DNA of 64,000 bases from Dethiobacter alkaliphilus (lineage in GTDB: Bacteria > Bacillota > Dethiobacteria > DTU022 > UBA8154): positions 429,056 through 493,055 of the forward strand of contig JAENYV010000001.1 of the NCBI GenBank assembly GCA_016841605.1. The letters run 5' to 3'. Shown here one piece after another: positions 21,402 to 30,853 of the stretch; position 1 is the stretch's first letter, and the number at the start of each line of letters is the position of its first letter. Under the pieces are notes generated by a model that saw only the letters and a list, made by a program, of their open reading frames with translations, did not search any database and had not been told where the DNA came from. The position numbers and the translations under genes were made by a program.

Positions 21402-21463
21402 CGCTTTGCAAAGAAGAGGAACTCTTAAAAAAGAGGACCTCTTCTTGATAGGGCGTTTTTTTT
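21402..21463 (+). terminator. Intrinsic terminator/attenuator about 190 nt upstream of amt
   Basis: The inner stem is AAGAAGAGG/CCTCTTCTT. The outer stem is CGCTT/GGGCG. T8 follows immediately. Confidence 0.6.
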
Positions 21464-21656
21464 GTTTTTCCGCCTTCTTTTCAGCGCGCCCATTTTACTG
21501 CTTTGAAGCGTCTCATGTCTCATATCCGGAAGATCATTACAGAATGGGATAACGCTTTAAAGACTTACCAGCCGGCTTTGGCAAAATAAAATCCAGGGCT
21601 CTATTTATCAATAATATATATAAATAGAGAAAAAAAGAGATGAAGGGAGCAAGAAA

Positions 21657-22841
21657 ATGGATTCAACAAATGTATTATTTTTATTGATCGGAGCGGTTAT
21701 GATTCTCTCCATGCATGCAGGATTTGCCTTTTTAGAGGTAGGAACAGTCAGTAAAAAGAATCAGGTTAATGCTTTTAACAAAATCATCTTTGATTGGTCA
21801 ACTTCAACAATTGTTTATTTTATCGTCGGATTTCCACTTGCTTACGGAACAGCTTTATATGTAAATAATGCTTTATTTACATATAACAATGGTATTGAAC
21901 TGGTAAGATTTTTCTTTTTATTAGGATTTGCTGCCTGTATCCCTGCCATTATCTCAGGAGGAGTTGTGGGAAGAATGAAATTTTTTCCGCAATGTCTGGC
22001 AGCTGTTTTCTTGACTGGAATAATTTATCCCTTTTTTGAAAGCCTGGTATGGGGAAAAATTTCTTTCATGGGGCAGGATGGTTCCTTTTTTGCACAATTA
22101 TTTGGGACTTCCTTCCACGATTTTGCAGGCTCAGTTGTGGTGCATTCTATTGGGGGATGGATAGCACTACCGGCAATTATTCTGTTAAGACCCAGAACAG
22201 GAAGGTATGAAGGGCATTTGGATACACGTCCAAGCAGCATCCCTTTTCTATCTTTGGGCAGCTGGATCTTAATTGTCGGATGGTTCGGCTTTAATGTGAT
22301 GAGCGCTCAGAGCCTGGATAACATTTCAGGTCTTGTCGCATTGAATTCTTTAATGGCAATGGTCGGCGGCACCATTTCCAGCCTTATATTCTCCAAAAAT
22401 GATGCGGGATTTACACATAACGGTGCATTGGCGGGACTTATCGCCATCTGCGCAGGCTCAGATGTTGTTCACCCATTTGCAGCTGTATTGATCGGTGCTG
22501 TTGCCGGAATCATCTTTATCAAATTTTTTGAATTTGAAACAGAAAAGCTGAAGATAGATGATGTTTTGGGCGTATGGCCCCTTCACGGAATTAATGGAAC
22601 GTGGGGCGGGATAGCCGCGGGCATTTTTGGTAGCAAGGCTCTTGGCGGAGTCTATGATTTAAACTTTTTTTCACAATTGACAGGTTCATTGCTGGCAGTA
22701 GTATATGCCCTGGCGGCAGGCTTTATTTTATATAAGGTAATTGATGTGGTTTTCGGATTGCGGATGACCCCTCATCAGGAGATGATGGGCGCGGATCTTA
22801 CTTTCCACAGGATTGAAACAAACCCGGAAGAAAGCCTGTGA
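21657..22841 (+). CDS. amt: Ammonium transporter (Amt family)
   Basis: The protein has 11-12 TM helices. Motifs are 'HAGFAFLEVG', 'FAGSVVVHSIGGW' and 'VWPLHGINGTWGG' (twin-His). Confidence 0.92.
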   Translation: MDSTNVLFLLIGAVMILSMHAGFAFLEVGTVSKKNQVNAFNKIIFDWSTSTIVYFIVGFPLAYGTALYVNNALFTYNNGIELVRFFFLLGFAACIPAIISGGVVGRMKFFPQCLAAVFLTGIIYPFFESLVWGKISFMGQDGSFFAQLFGTSFHDFAGSVVVHSIGGWIALPAIILLRPRTGRYEGHLDTRPSSIPFLSLGSWILIVGWFGFNVMSAQSLDNISGLVALNSLMAMVGGTISSLIFSKNDAGFTHNGALAGLIAICAGSDVVHPFAAVLIGAVAGIIFIKFFEFETEKLKIDDVLGVWPLHGINGTWGGIAAGIFGSKALGGVYDLNFFSQLTGSLLAVVYALAAGFILYKVIDVVFGLRMTPHQEMMGADLTFHRIETNPEESL

Positions 22842-22902
22842 TGATTTAATTATAAAATTATATTATACCAATACATAAATTCATATTGAAGGAGTGAAAA
22901 TA

Positions 22903-23244
22903 ATGAAATTAATTGTTGCCATTGTCAGGCCTGAAGCGGTTCAGGATGTGAAAGATGCACTTCGCAAGGCAGAGATTCATAAGATGACTGTTAGTCATGT
23001 TAAAGGCTGCGGACAGCAAATGGGTTATAGTGAAAGCTTTCGCGGTATTAAAACGCAAGTTAATCTTTTGAACAAGGTACGTTTTGAGATCGGTGTTAAT
23101 GATAATTTTGTCAAACCAGCCCTTGAAGCCATTATGGGTGTGGCAAGAACCGGCAAAATTGGCGATGGTAAAATATTTGTCCTCCCGATAGAGGAATGCT
23201 ACCGCATCAGAACCGGAGAAGACGGTAGCATTGCAATAGGTTAA
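22903..23244 (+). CDS. glnK: P-II nitrogen regulatory protein GlnK/GlnB
   Basis: Motifs are 'MKLIVAIVRPE' and 'GKIGDGKIFVLPIEECYRIRTGE'. The gene sits directly downstream of amt. The ATG at 22903 follows a GAAGGAG RBS. Confidence 0.9.
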   Translation: MKLIVAIVRPEAVQDVKDALRKAEIHKMTVSHVKGCGQQMGYSESFRGIKTQVNLLNKVRFEIGVNDNFVKPALEAIMGVARTGKIGDGKIFVLPIEECYRIRTGEDGSIAIG

Positions 23245-23245
23245 T

Positions 23246-23574
23246 AATTTCGATAATTTCGGGACACAATGAAAATTATTGTCGTTACGGAACTAAGAAT
23301 AGACGGGATTACTCTCGGAACTAAGTTATCTATTTCTGAACTTGAAGAAACGTCTTTAATATGGACTTTAGGTTATATAAGTAATGTCCAAAAGTACCCT
23401 GGGAGACACAAAAAAACTTATGCTGAGTAGCCATTGTTCATTGAGTGGGGGCGGTTGTGCCCAATAATTAAGAATGTGTCCCGAAATTATGCTTGTCCCG
23501 AAATTTTCCCTGAATAATTTCCAATGTGTCCCGAAATTTTCTCCAATGTGTCCCGAAATTTTCCCGAAATTTTC
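23246..23574. repeat. GTCCCGAAATT repeat cluster: one inverted copy (23255-23268) and five direct copies (23475-23574), including a 22-bp tandem unit
   Basis: AATTTCGGGACACA lies at 23255. TGTGTCCCGAAATT(TTC) lies at 23475, 23494, 23525 and 23547, with a partial copy at 23563. CCAATGTGTCCCGAAATTTTCT is repeated in tandem at 23521 and 23543. Confidence 0.8.
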
Positions 23575-24103
23575 AATTTACCTTCTCTTGCAGGTTTTAG
23601 TAAATTCATAACGAAATAAAGTAATTGAAGTTTAATAGACATCTATGAAGCTTAGCTTTACTATCAGAGTAGAGATCAAAGGAACAATAGTTTATTACTG
23701 TTTTTCACTGTCGTGATAGGATGATTTATGTATTATTTACTGAATGAGATAAACCGGATTGAGAGTTAAAAATTGGATGTCATATGATCCGCAAGTGTAA
23801 CGCTACTTTTCAAGTAACCTATTCGAGAATCAAATCTATAGCATCTTTACATACACCTGCCCAAGTTTTTGAATTTTTTCTTCAGGTGCAATTGCCGGCT
23901 ACATAAATCAAGAGTATTATGAAGAGGAAATTGACGATGGCTATATAGAATCCTTTTGCGATATTGTAAAAAAGGAATTTGAGAGACAAGCAAATAAGAA
24001 GGATGTTGTTGAACTGATTTTTAAACGAATATATCTAGTGGCTATTAAAAAATAAACTAACTTTAGTTACCTTTCGTTTGTAGTGACAAAAGGAGACTGT
24101 TCT

Positions 24104-24706
24104 ATGCACGTCTATATTATTTTTGCACATCCGGGAAAAATGTCCTTCAATAAAGAAGTTCTGGAGGCTTTTACACGAGGTCTTCGAGAAGTTGGGCATA
24201 CTTACGAGATTGGCGATTTATACGAAATGGGATTCAAATCGGAAATGGACGGTGAGCAGTATCATCGCGAAACCGGCCTTGATCCCAATGTACCGGTTCC
24301 AAACGATGTTCTCCAAGAGCAAGAGAAAATAGATAGAGCCGATGCCCTGGCTTTTATCTATCCAGTGTGGTGGAGCGACTGTCCTGCAAAGCTTAAAGGC
24401 TGGTTTGACAGGGTTTTAACATACGGATACGCTTATTACTATGATGAAGATGAACAACGGCAGACGAGGGTTGCCGTCAAAAAGGCTGTTGTAATCTGTT
24501 CTGCGGGTCACACGGTAGAGCATCTCAAAGAAATTGGTATTGCGGAGAGCATGAGCCGTGTTATGTTGAATGACCGGTTGCTTGGCATAGGTGTAAAAGA
24601 AGCTGTTATGGAAATTCTCGGAGGAATGATGCCTCAAGATGATTCTTTCAAAGAAGACAATTTAAAAAAAGCCTATAATTTTGGTAGAAACTTAGAAACG
24701 GGATGA
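24104..24706 (+). CDS. Flavodoxin-like-fold NAD(P)H dehydrogenase (quinone)/FMN reductase family protein
   Basis: Motifs 'MHVYIIFAHPGKMSFNKEV' and 'DALAFIYPVWWSDCPAKLKGWFDRV' are typical of the Flavodoxin_2 family. The ATG at 24104 follows an AAGGAG RBS. Confidence 0.8.
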   Translation: MHVYIIFAHPGKMSFNKEVLEAFTRGLREVGHTYEIGDLYEMGFKSEMDGEQYHRETGLDPNVPVPNDVLQEQEKIDRADALAFIYPVWWSDCPAKLKGWFDRVLTYGYAYYYDEDEQRQTRVAVKKAVVICSAGHTVEHLKEIGIAESMSRVMLNDRLLGIGVKEAVMEILGGMMPQDDSFKEDNLKKAYNFGRNLETG

Positions 24707-24762
24707 TCACGGGGACGTTTCTGGATGATCACGTGATCACGCGTGATCACGGGGACGGTTCT
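24701..24762. repeat. Short repeat cluster: GATGATCACGGGGACG(T/G)TTCTG twice, with two tandem 10-bp palindromes CGTGATCACG
   Basis: Read directly. The cluster starts at the stop codon of the preceding gene. Confidence 0.8.
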
Positions 24763-24810
24763 GTTGATACTAAAGAGTACATAAACAATAGATAATGAAG
24801 GGAGAAATGA

Positions 24811-25272
24811 ATGATGACGTTAAAAATTGAATTGAATGAGCAAAATGCTCAACCGGTACTGTCAATCAGGACAAGAACAACCCTTGAAGAGTTGCCGGCA
24901 TTAATCGGTGAGAGTTACATGAAGATCATGAGCTATTTAAACGAGCTTGGAGAACAACCGGCAAACGCCCCATTTACGGCTTATTACAATCTTGATATGC
25001 AGGACCTGGATGTGGAGATGGGTTTTCCTGTTGCAAAATTACTGACGGAAAAAGATGAAATTAAAGCTGGTGAAATACCGCAGGGCAAGGTTGTCTCAAC
25101 TATGTATAAGGGACCTTATACCGACATGGAACAACCGTATAACGAGATGTCTGAATGGATTGCTCAAAATGGGTATGAACCGGCAGGAGTCTGCTATGAA
25201 TATTACTTCAATTCCCCTGCTGATGTTCCGGAAAGTGAGCTTCTGACAAAAATAGTAATGCCTATAAAGTAA
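24811..25272 (+). CDS. GyrI-like small-molecule-binding domain protein
   Basis: The 153-aa protein carries 'QPVLSIRTRTT', 'FTAYYN', 'VEMGFPV' and 'YEYYFNSPADVPESELLTKIVMPI'. Confidence 0.75.
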   Translation: MMTLKIELNEQNAQPVLSIRTRTTLEELPALIGESYMKIMSYLNELGEQPANAPFTAYYNLDMQDLDVEMGFPVAKLLTEKDEIKAGEIPQGKVVSTMYKGPYTDMEQPYNEMSEWIAQNGYEPAGVCYEYYFNSPADVPESELLTKIVMPIK

Positions 25273-25340
25273 TTGAGAGATTGTGATGAAAAAAGAACAT
25301 GATGCCGCGTTATGTGCGTTTAAGTGGGAGTACAAAATGC

Positions 25341-26459
25341 ATGTATGATATAGCTATTATCGGAGCAGGTCCGGCTGGAGCTACTTTGGCCAGGTTAATC
25401 GGGAAGAATTACAAAGTATTATTAATTGATAAAAGAGCGCTTTTGGGAGGGGAAGAGGGATCTTTTGAAAAATGCTGTGGAGGATTAATTGCTCCGGATG
25501 CTCAATATATGCTCGGCAAACTTGGCCTCGGAGTTCCCAAAAGTGTTTTGGTAGGTCCCCAGCTCTTTGTTGTAAGAACAATTGATATTCAAAATAAAAT
25601 TGAAAGGTTCTATCAGAGACATTATATTAACGTAGATCGAGAGAAGTTTGATTCCTGGTTAGTATCATTGCTCCCGTCATCAATAGAGATAAGATGCGGG
25701 TTTTTATTTAAGTCCTTTGAGAAAACAGATACGGGAGTTAATGTTAAAATAAGTCATAAAGGAAAAGAATATGTGGAAAAAGCACGATTTTTAATCGGAG
25801 CGGACGGCGCTTTTTCAAAAGTGCGCAGGCTGCTTGCACCACACACATTTCCAAAGAAATATATTGCGATTCAAGAATGGTTCAAGGTGGACAAAAGTTT
25901 GCCGTATTTTTCCGCCATATTTGATAAAAATATTACAGACTATTATTCATGGACTATTCCGAAAGAAGATTGTTTACTGATTGGAACGGCGATTCCAGTA
26001 CAGAGTAATGCCCGTCAAAAATTTGAGTTACTGAAAGAAAATTTGAGGAACTACGGATTTGTATGGAAGCAACAAATAAAAAAACAGGGATGTTATCTTA
26101 TCAGACCCCAAAAAGTAAGCCAAATTTGTTTAGGAAAAGAAAACATTTTGCTGCTCGGTGAAGCAGCAGGTTGGATAAGTCCAACATCTGCAGAAGGACT
26201 TAGTTACTCATTCAGAAGTGCATTAGCTTTAGCCAAAAGCTTGCGGAAAAACCCTGAGAAATGTTTTCTCGATTATACAAAACAAACTAAAGAGTTGAAG
26301 GCAAATATTTTCAGCAAGAAGTTGAAAGCACCATTTATGTATAACCCGATAATGAGAAATATTGTCATGAAATCCAAAATATTGAGCATGAATATGTTTA
26401 TGAACCTGGAAAGACTGGATTGTTCCGCCTGTAAGGAGGAGGAAGGAGAAGAATTGTGA
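25341..26459 (+). CDS. FAD-dependent oxidoreductase (geranylgeranyl-reductase-like family)
   Basis: The Rossmann motif 'YDIAIIGAGPAGATLA' and 'LIGADGAFSKVR' are present. Confidence 0.7.
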   Translation: MYDIAIIGAGPAGATLARLIGKNYKVLLIDKRALLGGEEGSFEKCCGGLIAPDAQYMLGKLGLGVPKSVLVGPQLFVVRTIDIQNKIERFYQRHYINVDREKFDSWLVSLLPSSIEIRCGFLFKSFEKTDTGVNVKISHKGKEYVEKARFLIGADGAFSKVRRLLAPHTFPKKYIAIQEWFKVDKSLPYFSAIFDKNITDYYSWTIPKEDCLLIGTAIPVQSNARQKFELLKENLRNYGFVWKQQIKKQGCYLIRPQKVSQICLGKENILLLGEAAGWISPTSAEGLSYSFRSALALAKSLRKNPEKCFLDYTKQTKELKANIFSKKLKAPFMYNPIMRNIVMKSKILSMNMFMNLERLDCSACKEEEGEEL

Positions 26460-27241
26460 TTATTGAGGATTTAACTCCGGAGCATGAAAAGTTATATTTC
26501 ATGTGCTTGGAAGACTGGTCTGCTGAGATGAAAGAAGCCGGCAATCATAAAGAAAAATGGTATTGCTCGATGAAGGATAAAGGTCTGAGAGTTAAGTTGG
26601 CGAGAGATGATCGCGGGGAAATAGGCGGCATGATTCAATATATTCCCATTGAGTATTCCTTTGTAGAAGGGAAAAATTTATACTTTCTAAATTGCATATG
26701 GGTTCATGGTCATAAACAAGGAAGAGGAAATTTCCAGAAAAAAGGTTTAGGCAAGGCATTGCTGACAGCTGCTGAAGAGGATGTCAAAGCACTGGGAGCA
26801 AAGGGAATTGCCGCGTGGGGTTTGATGCTGCCCTTTTTTATGAAGTCAGCATGGTTTAAAAAGCAGGGATATAAAGCTGTTGACCGGCAAGGGGTGCAAG
26901 TTCTTTTATGGAAGACCTTTACTGATGATGCGATTCCGCCAAAATGGATACGTCCAAAAAAGAAGCCGAAAATCGAACAAGGGAAAGTAAATGTCACAGC
27001 ATTTCTTAATGGATGGTGTCCGGCACAAAATATTGTCTTTGAAAGAGCGAAAAGGGCTTCGGCAGAGTTTGAAGGGAAAGTATTATTTCAAGCATATGAT
27101 ACTTCAGACCGGGACACTTTTCTTGAATGGGGCATATCTGATGCCTTGTTTGTTGATGGGAAGGAAGTCCGGAGCGGTCCTCCCCCTTCGTATGAAAAGA
27201 TAAAAAGAATAATCGAAAAGAGAGTAAGAAAATTAAAATAG
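26456..27241 (+). CDS. GNAT N-acetyltransferase fused to a thioredoxin-like C-terminal domain
   Basis: The acetyl-CoA motif is 'HKQGRGNFQKKGLGKALL'. The C-terminal part, 'VNVTAFLNGWCPAQ...VLFQAYDTSDR', resembles a thioredoxin fold. Confidence 0.6.
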   Translation: MIIEDLTPEHEKLYFMCLEDWSAEMKEAGNHKEKWYCSMKDKGLRVKLARDDRGEIGGMIQYIPIEYSFVEGKNLYFLNCIWVHGHKQGRGNFQKKGLGKALLTAAEEDVKALGAKGIAAWGLMLPFFMKSAWFKKQGYKAVDRQGVQVLLWKTFTDDAIPPKWIRPKKKPKIEQGKVNVTAFLNGWCPAQNIVFERAKRASAEFEGKVLFQAYDTSDRDTFLEWGISDALFVDGKEVRSGPPPSYEKIKRIIEKRVRKLK

Positions 27242-27320
27242 CAGACCAGATTCCTGTAAAGCCCGGATATTTATTTGTACCGGCTTTGTCACAAACACCG
27301 CGTTCGCGGTGTTTATAATT

Positions 27321-27860
27321 ATGAGAGGGGGGGGAGCTAAGATTACCAGAGAGGAGTATGAACGCTTCTACAGGCAGCATTTTCCCGCAGTCCGACGCCA
27401 TCTCCGCTACCTGCTGGGGACAGGCGGGGAGGCCGATGATATTGCCCAGGAAACCTTTCTGCGTCTTTACAGAAGTCCTCCCCCCCGGGATGATCATATA
27501 GCAGGGTGGTTGAGACAGGTGGCGACTAATCTGGCATACAATCGGATGCGTTCTGAAAAAAGGCGGCGGCAGCGGGAAGAAAAAGATTTTCTTCTCTCGG
27601 GAGAGTTATCTCTGAGCCCGGACCCTGAGCAATTGGCTCTCTCCGGCTTGGCCCGGGAGACAATCCGCCGGGCTCTCCATACCCTGATCCCCAGGGATCA
27701 AATGGCCCTGCTTTTGCGGGCCGAAGGCTGCCGCTACCGGGAGATTGCCCTTGCTTTGGGTGTGCAGGAGTCCTCTGTGGGGACGATTCTTGTTCGGGCG
27801 CAGAAGAAGCTCCTGCTCAAATTACAGGAGGAGGGAGGTCATGAAGATGAAGTGCCCTGA
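27321..27860 (+). CDS. ECF-type RNA polymerase sigma factor
   Basis: Region 2 is 'EADDIAQETFLRLY'. Region 4 is 'YREIALALGVQESSVGTILVRAQKKL'. The ORF track opens at a GTG at 27309. Confidence 0.85.
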   Translation: MRGGGAKITREEYERFYRQHFPAVRRHLRYLLGTGGEADDIAQETFLRLYRSPPPRDDHIAGWLRQVATNLAYNRMRSEKRRRQREEKDFLLSGELSLSPDPEQLALSGLARETIRRALHTLIPRDQMALLLRAEGCRYREIALALGVQESSVGTILVRAQKKLLLKLQEEGGHEDEVP

Positions 27861-28923
27861 CGATAATATTCTCATGGCTTACATTGACGGGGAAACAGAC
27901 GGGGGAGCAGATGAAATTGAAGCTCATTGTCAGGAGTGCCCCGCTTGCCGGGATAGGCTGCAGCAGCTACAGAGAGAAGCACAGGCCGTCAATACTTTGC
28001 TTGTTTCCCTCCAGGAGTTGCCGCAGGCAGCAGTTATCCCGGAAAATAGACTTGCTGAAAGGAGATGGAGTAAAGTGAAACAAAACAGTCGTTGGGTGGC
28101 CGCAGCTGCCGCCCTGATTCTGGTACTGGTATTTACCGTTACTCCCGCCCGGAGTTTGGCCCTTCAGTTTTTGGGATTGTTCCGGGCTGAGCATGTGAAG
28201 ATTGTGGATCTGACCCAGACCGACATGAAGGATTTGCAGGAGTTGCTGAAACAGTATGATTCCCTGGAGATTGAGCAGCTGGGCACATTCAGCAGGGAGC
28301 AGGAGGGGGATTACTGCAGTTACGAAAGCTTTGATGCCGCCCAGGCCGCCGCGCCTTATAACCTGAACTTTCCCCCGGAGTTGGATGGTGTCCCTATTGA
28401 TAAGATTTCTGCATATCCGGCTGAGCTAATGCATTATTCTCCTGACGTGACCCAGGTTAATGCCCTGCTGGCTCAAATGGGTTCCGCCACCATGCTGCCC
28501 GCATCTCTGGAAGGAAAGACCGTTACTTTCAGTATGGGACCTGTTTTTGAGACCGCTTATCTTATCGACAACAGTCCTGTCCGCTTGATGCAGTCCCCTC
28601 CGCCCTCGGTCAGCGGTACCGCAGGGATGGAGGAAAAAGTCTTCTGGGAAGCTCTGGCCGGTCTTCCGTTCCTGCCTACACAGCTGCAGAGCGCTCTGGA
28701 ACAGAATCCTTTCCGCGCCACTACTTTCCTTTTTCCCCGGGTTGAAGGCGTGAATGACGGAGAAATGGTCATAATCAACGGCAGTGAAGGGGTGTTTTCC
28801 ACCCTGGAAAAAACACAGGAGCATCTTCTGCTCTGGCCCCAGGGGGACCACTGGAACCTGATGCTCTCCTCTCTGGACAAAGAGAGAATGCTTTCCCTGG
28901 CGAAGCAGGTGAGCAATCCCTGA
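27841..28923 (+). CDS. Membrane anti-sigma factor (zf-HC2 N-terminus, one TM helix, large extracytoplasmic domain)
   Basis: The zinc-finger region is 'CPDDNILMAYIDGE...HCQECPACRDRL'. The TM helix is 'WVAAAAALILVLVFTV'. The ATG at 27841 overlaps the sigma gene end. Confidence 0.75.
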   Translation: MKMKCPDDNILMAYIDGETDGGADEIEAHCQECPACRDRLQQLQREAQAVNTLLVSLQELPQAAVIPENRLAERRWSKVKQNSRWVAAAAALILVLVFTVTPARSLALQFLGLFRAEHVKIVDLTQTDMKDLQELLKQYDSLEIEQLGTFSREQEGDYCSYESFDAAQAAAPYNLNFPPELDGVPIDKISAYPAELMHYSPDVTQVNALLAQMGSATMLPASLEGKTVTFSMGPVFETAYLIDNSPVRLMQSPPPSVSGTAGMEEKVFWEALAGLPFLPTQLQSALEQNPFRATTFLFPRVEGVNDGEMVIINGSEGVFSTLEKTQEHLLLWPQGDHWNLMLSSLDKERMLSLAKQVSNP

Positions 28924-29834
28924 TGGCGGCAGCCGTTGAGACGCAAAGCTTGAGCAAAACTTACGGTCTGAACACCGGCTGCCGCAATATTTCCCTGCTG
29001 GTGGAGGATGGAGAAGTTTTCGGCCTGTTAGGGCCCAACGGTGCCGGTAAAAGCACCTTTGTGAAAATGCTGACCGGCCTGCTCCCTCCCACATCCGGCC
29101 AGGGTTGGCTATTGGGAAAACCCATTACCCTTCCTGCGGCTCGCCAGGCAGTGGGATATCTCCCGGAAAAATTTGCTTATCATCCCTGGTTGACAGCCCT
29201 TGAAATATTGGAATTGCACGGGCGTCTCAGCAACCTGAGGCCCGCGGAAATATCCCGGCGCAGCCGGGAAGTGCTGGCACTGGCAGGCCTGACGGAAAAA
29301 GGAGGGCAGCGGGTAGGCAGCTTCTCCAAAGGGATGCAGCAGCGTTTGGGCCTGGCGGTAGCCCTGATAGCGGACCCGAAACTGCTCCTGCTGGACGAAC
29401 CCACCTCTGCTCTGGACCCCCTGGGACGCCGGGAGGTCCGGCAGTTAATCCAGGTCCTGTGCCGGGAGGGGAAGACCATTTTTTTGAATACCCATCTCCT
29501 TACTGAAGCGGAGCAGCTCTGCAACCGGGTGGCCATTATAAACCGGGGAGAGGTCGTATCTCAGGGAACACTGGCAGAACTCCAGGGAGGCGGGGTACAG
29601 GTCGATATCCGACTGGGCGGCGACATTGAAGCTGTTAAAAATGCTCTTGCCTTCTTGGAGGATCTTACTGCCATTCCCGGGGGTTTGCGCGTCAACCTGG
29701 CCGGTGAAGATGAAATACCTCTGGTGGCCAGGACAATTATAGAGGCTGGTGGTAATATTTATGCTCTGATGCCCCGGTATTCCTCCCTGGAGGATGTTTT
29801 TATCCAGCTGGTGGAGAAAGGAGGGGAGGCCTGA
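28923..29834 (+). CDS. ABC transporter ATP-binding protein
   Basis: Walker A is 'GPNGAGKST', the signature is 'FSKGMQQRL', and Walker B is 'LLLLDEPTSALD'. The start overlaps the upstream stop. Confidence 0.9.
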   Translation: MAAAVETQSLSKTYGLNTGCRNISLLVEDGEVFGLLGPNGAGKSTFVKMLTGLLPPTSGQGWLLGKPITLPAARQAVGYLPEKFAYHPWLTALEILELHGRLSNLRPAEISRRSREVLALAGLTEKGGQRVGSFSKGMQQRLGLAVALIADPKLLLLDEPTSALDPLGRREVRQLIQVLCREGKTIFLNTHLLTEAEQLCNRVAIINRGEVVSQGTLAELQGGGVQVDIRLGGDIEAVKNALAFLEDLTAIPGGLRVNLAGEDEIPLVARTIIEAGGNIYALMPRYSSLEDVFIQLVEKGGEA

Positions 29835-30661
29835 TGCGCCGGTTACTGGTAATCGCCGGATTGGCTCGCCGGGAATCACAGCGGAAGAAGGCACTGCTCT
29901 TGGGAGTTGTCCTTTCCCTATTGTTCCTGCTCATATATGGAGTGGGGCTGCATTATTTACAAAAAGATCTTCCTGCTTCAGCGGAGCTATTCTACCCGCA
30001 ATTTCTTTTTCTCGGTCTCTATATGGCCTCGTTTTTGGTAGCGATCATTTCCGCTCTTCTGGGAGTTGGAGCAGTTTCCGGAGAATTGGAAAGCGGGACC
30101 GGTTTCGCCCTCCTGAGCCGGCCCTTTTCCCGTTCGACTTTTTTGCTGGGCAAATTCCTCGGTTACTGCCAGATGGTGCTGCCGCTTTCGGTAGTTTTAT
30201 TCCTGGGAGTAACAGGCTTAGTGTCCTGGTTTACCCCCTTTCCACTTGGAGGAGTATTGCCCGCGCTGCTTTCTTTTTTGCTTATTCCCCTTGTTTTACT
30301 GTCCTTAGCTACGCTGGGCAGCATTTACCTGCCAACCTTGGGCAACGGCATATTTATCCTTCTTCTTTACGGCAGTGCCACCATCGGCGGCATGTTGGAG
30401 CAATTCGGAGCCCTGGCAAACAGCCGGTCTTTAATTAATATAGGTATCATTACCAGCCTGCTGCTGCCCACTGATTCCGCCTATCGGTTGACTGTCGTCT
30501 ACAGCTCCAGTGGTTATACCGGACCTCGGAATCTGCTGACCGCCATGGGACCTTTCGGGGCTGTTTCCCTTCCCAGTCCGTGGATGATCGTGTACATCTT
30601 GTTATACATCACCGCTTTGCTGGTGCTGGCCAACTACAGCTTTTCCCGCAAGGATCTCTAG
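29834..30661 (+). CDS. ABC-2 type transporter permease
   Basis: Six predicted TM helices. The gene is translationally coupled to the ATPase gene (TGATG overlap). Confidence 0.75.
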   Translation: MRRLLVIAGLARRESQRKKALLLGVVLSLLFLLIYGVGLHYLQKDLPASAELFYPQFLFLGLYMASFLVAIISALLGVGAVSGELESGTGFALLSRPFSRSTFLLGKFLGYCQMVLPLSVVLFLGVTGLVSWFTPFPLGGVLPALLSFLLIPLVLLSLATLGSIYLPTLGNGIFILLLYGSATIGGMLEQFGALANSRSLINIGIITSLLLPTDSAYRLTVVYSSSGYTGPRNLLTAMGPFGAVSLPSPWMIVYILLYITALLVLANYSFSRKDL

Positions 30662-30715
30662 CACCCTGCTATGCGGGGCTCCGCTGCGGTCGGGCCGCTT
30701 AGAAGATATATTTTG

Positions 30716-30765
30716 CCGCCTGGAGCATGTTGTCGTAATCATAACGTACTCCAGGCGGTTTTTTT
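30716..30765 (+). terminator. Intrinsic terminator of the sigma/ABC operon
   Basis: The stem CCGCCTGGAG/CTCCAGGCGG is followed by T7. Confidence 0.7.
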
Positions 30766-30853
30766 GCCGGAAATGCGGCTCTGTCATAGATCCGCATTTC
30801 CGGAACTTGCTGCCGTATAGCACAAGCCGGCATGCCAAGACGCTTCACGAATA

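Noticed and set aside
23246-23574. Tn7-like or other transposon ends (TGT...ACA termini, 22-bp repeated sites).
   Set aside because: The inverted copies face each other across only 200 bp. No transposase, TnsB/C-like or integrase gene is present in the window. No matching opposite end was found further right.
23269-24055. Small ORFs in the glnK-to-flavodoxin spacer. One is a 51-aa 'MKIIVVTELRIDGITLG...' ORF (23269-23424). The other is a start-less C-terminal fragment '...GAIAGYINQEYYEEEIDDGYIESFCDIVKKEFERQ...' ending at 24055.
   Set aside because: Neither has a credible RBS or start, or a full-length domain. They look like gene remnants and were not listed as features.
30767-30803. A perfect 12-bp hairpin CCGGAAATGCGG...CCGCATTTCCGG, considered as the carB terminator.
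   Set aside because: No U-tract follows it on either strand. The adjacent 30716-30765 structure is the convincing terminator, on the plus strand.
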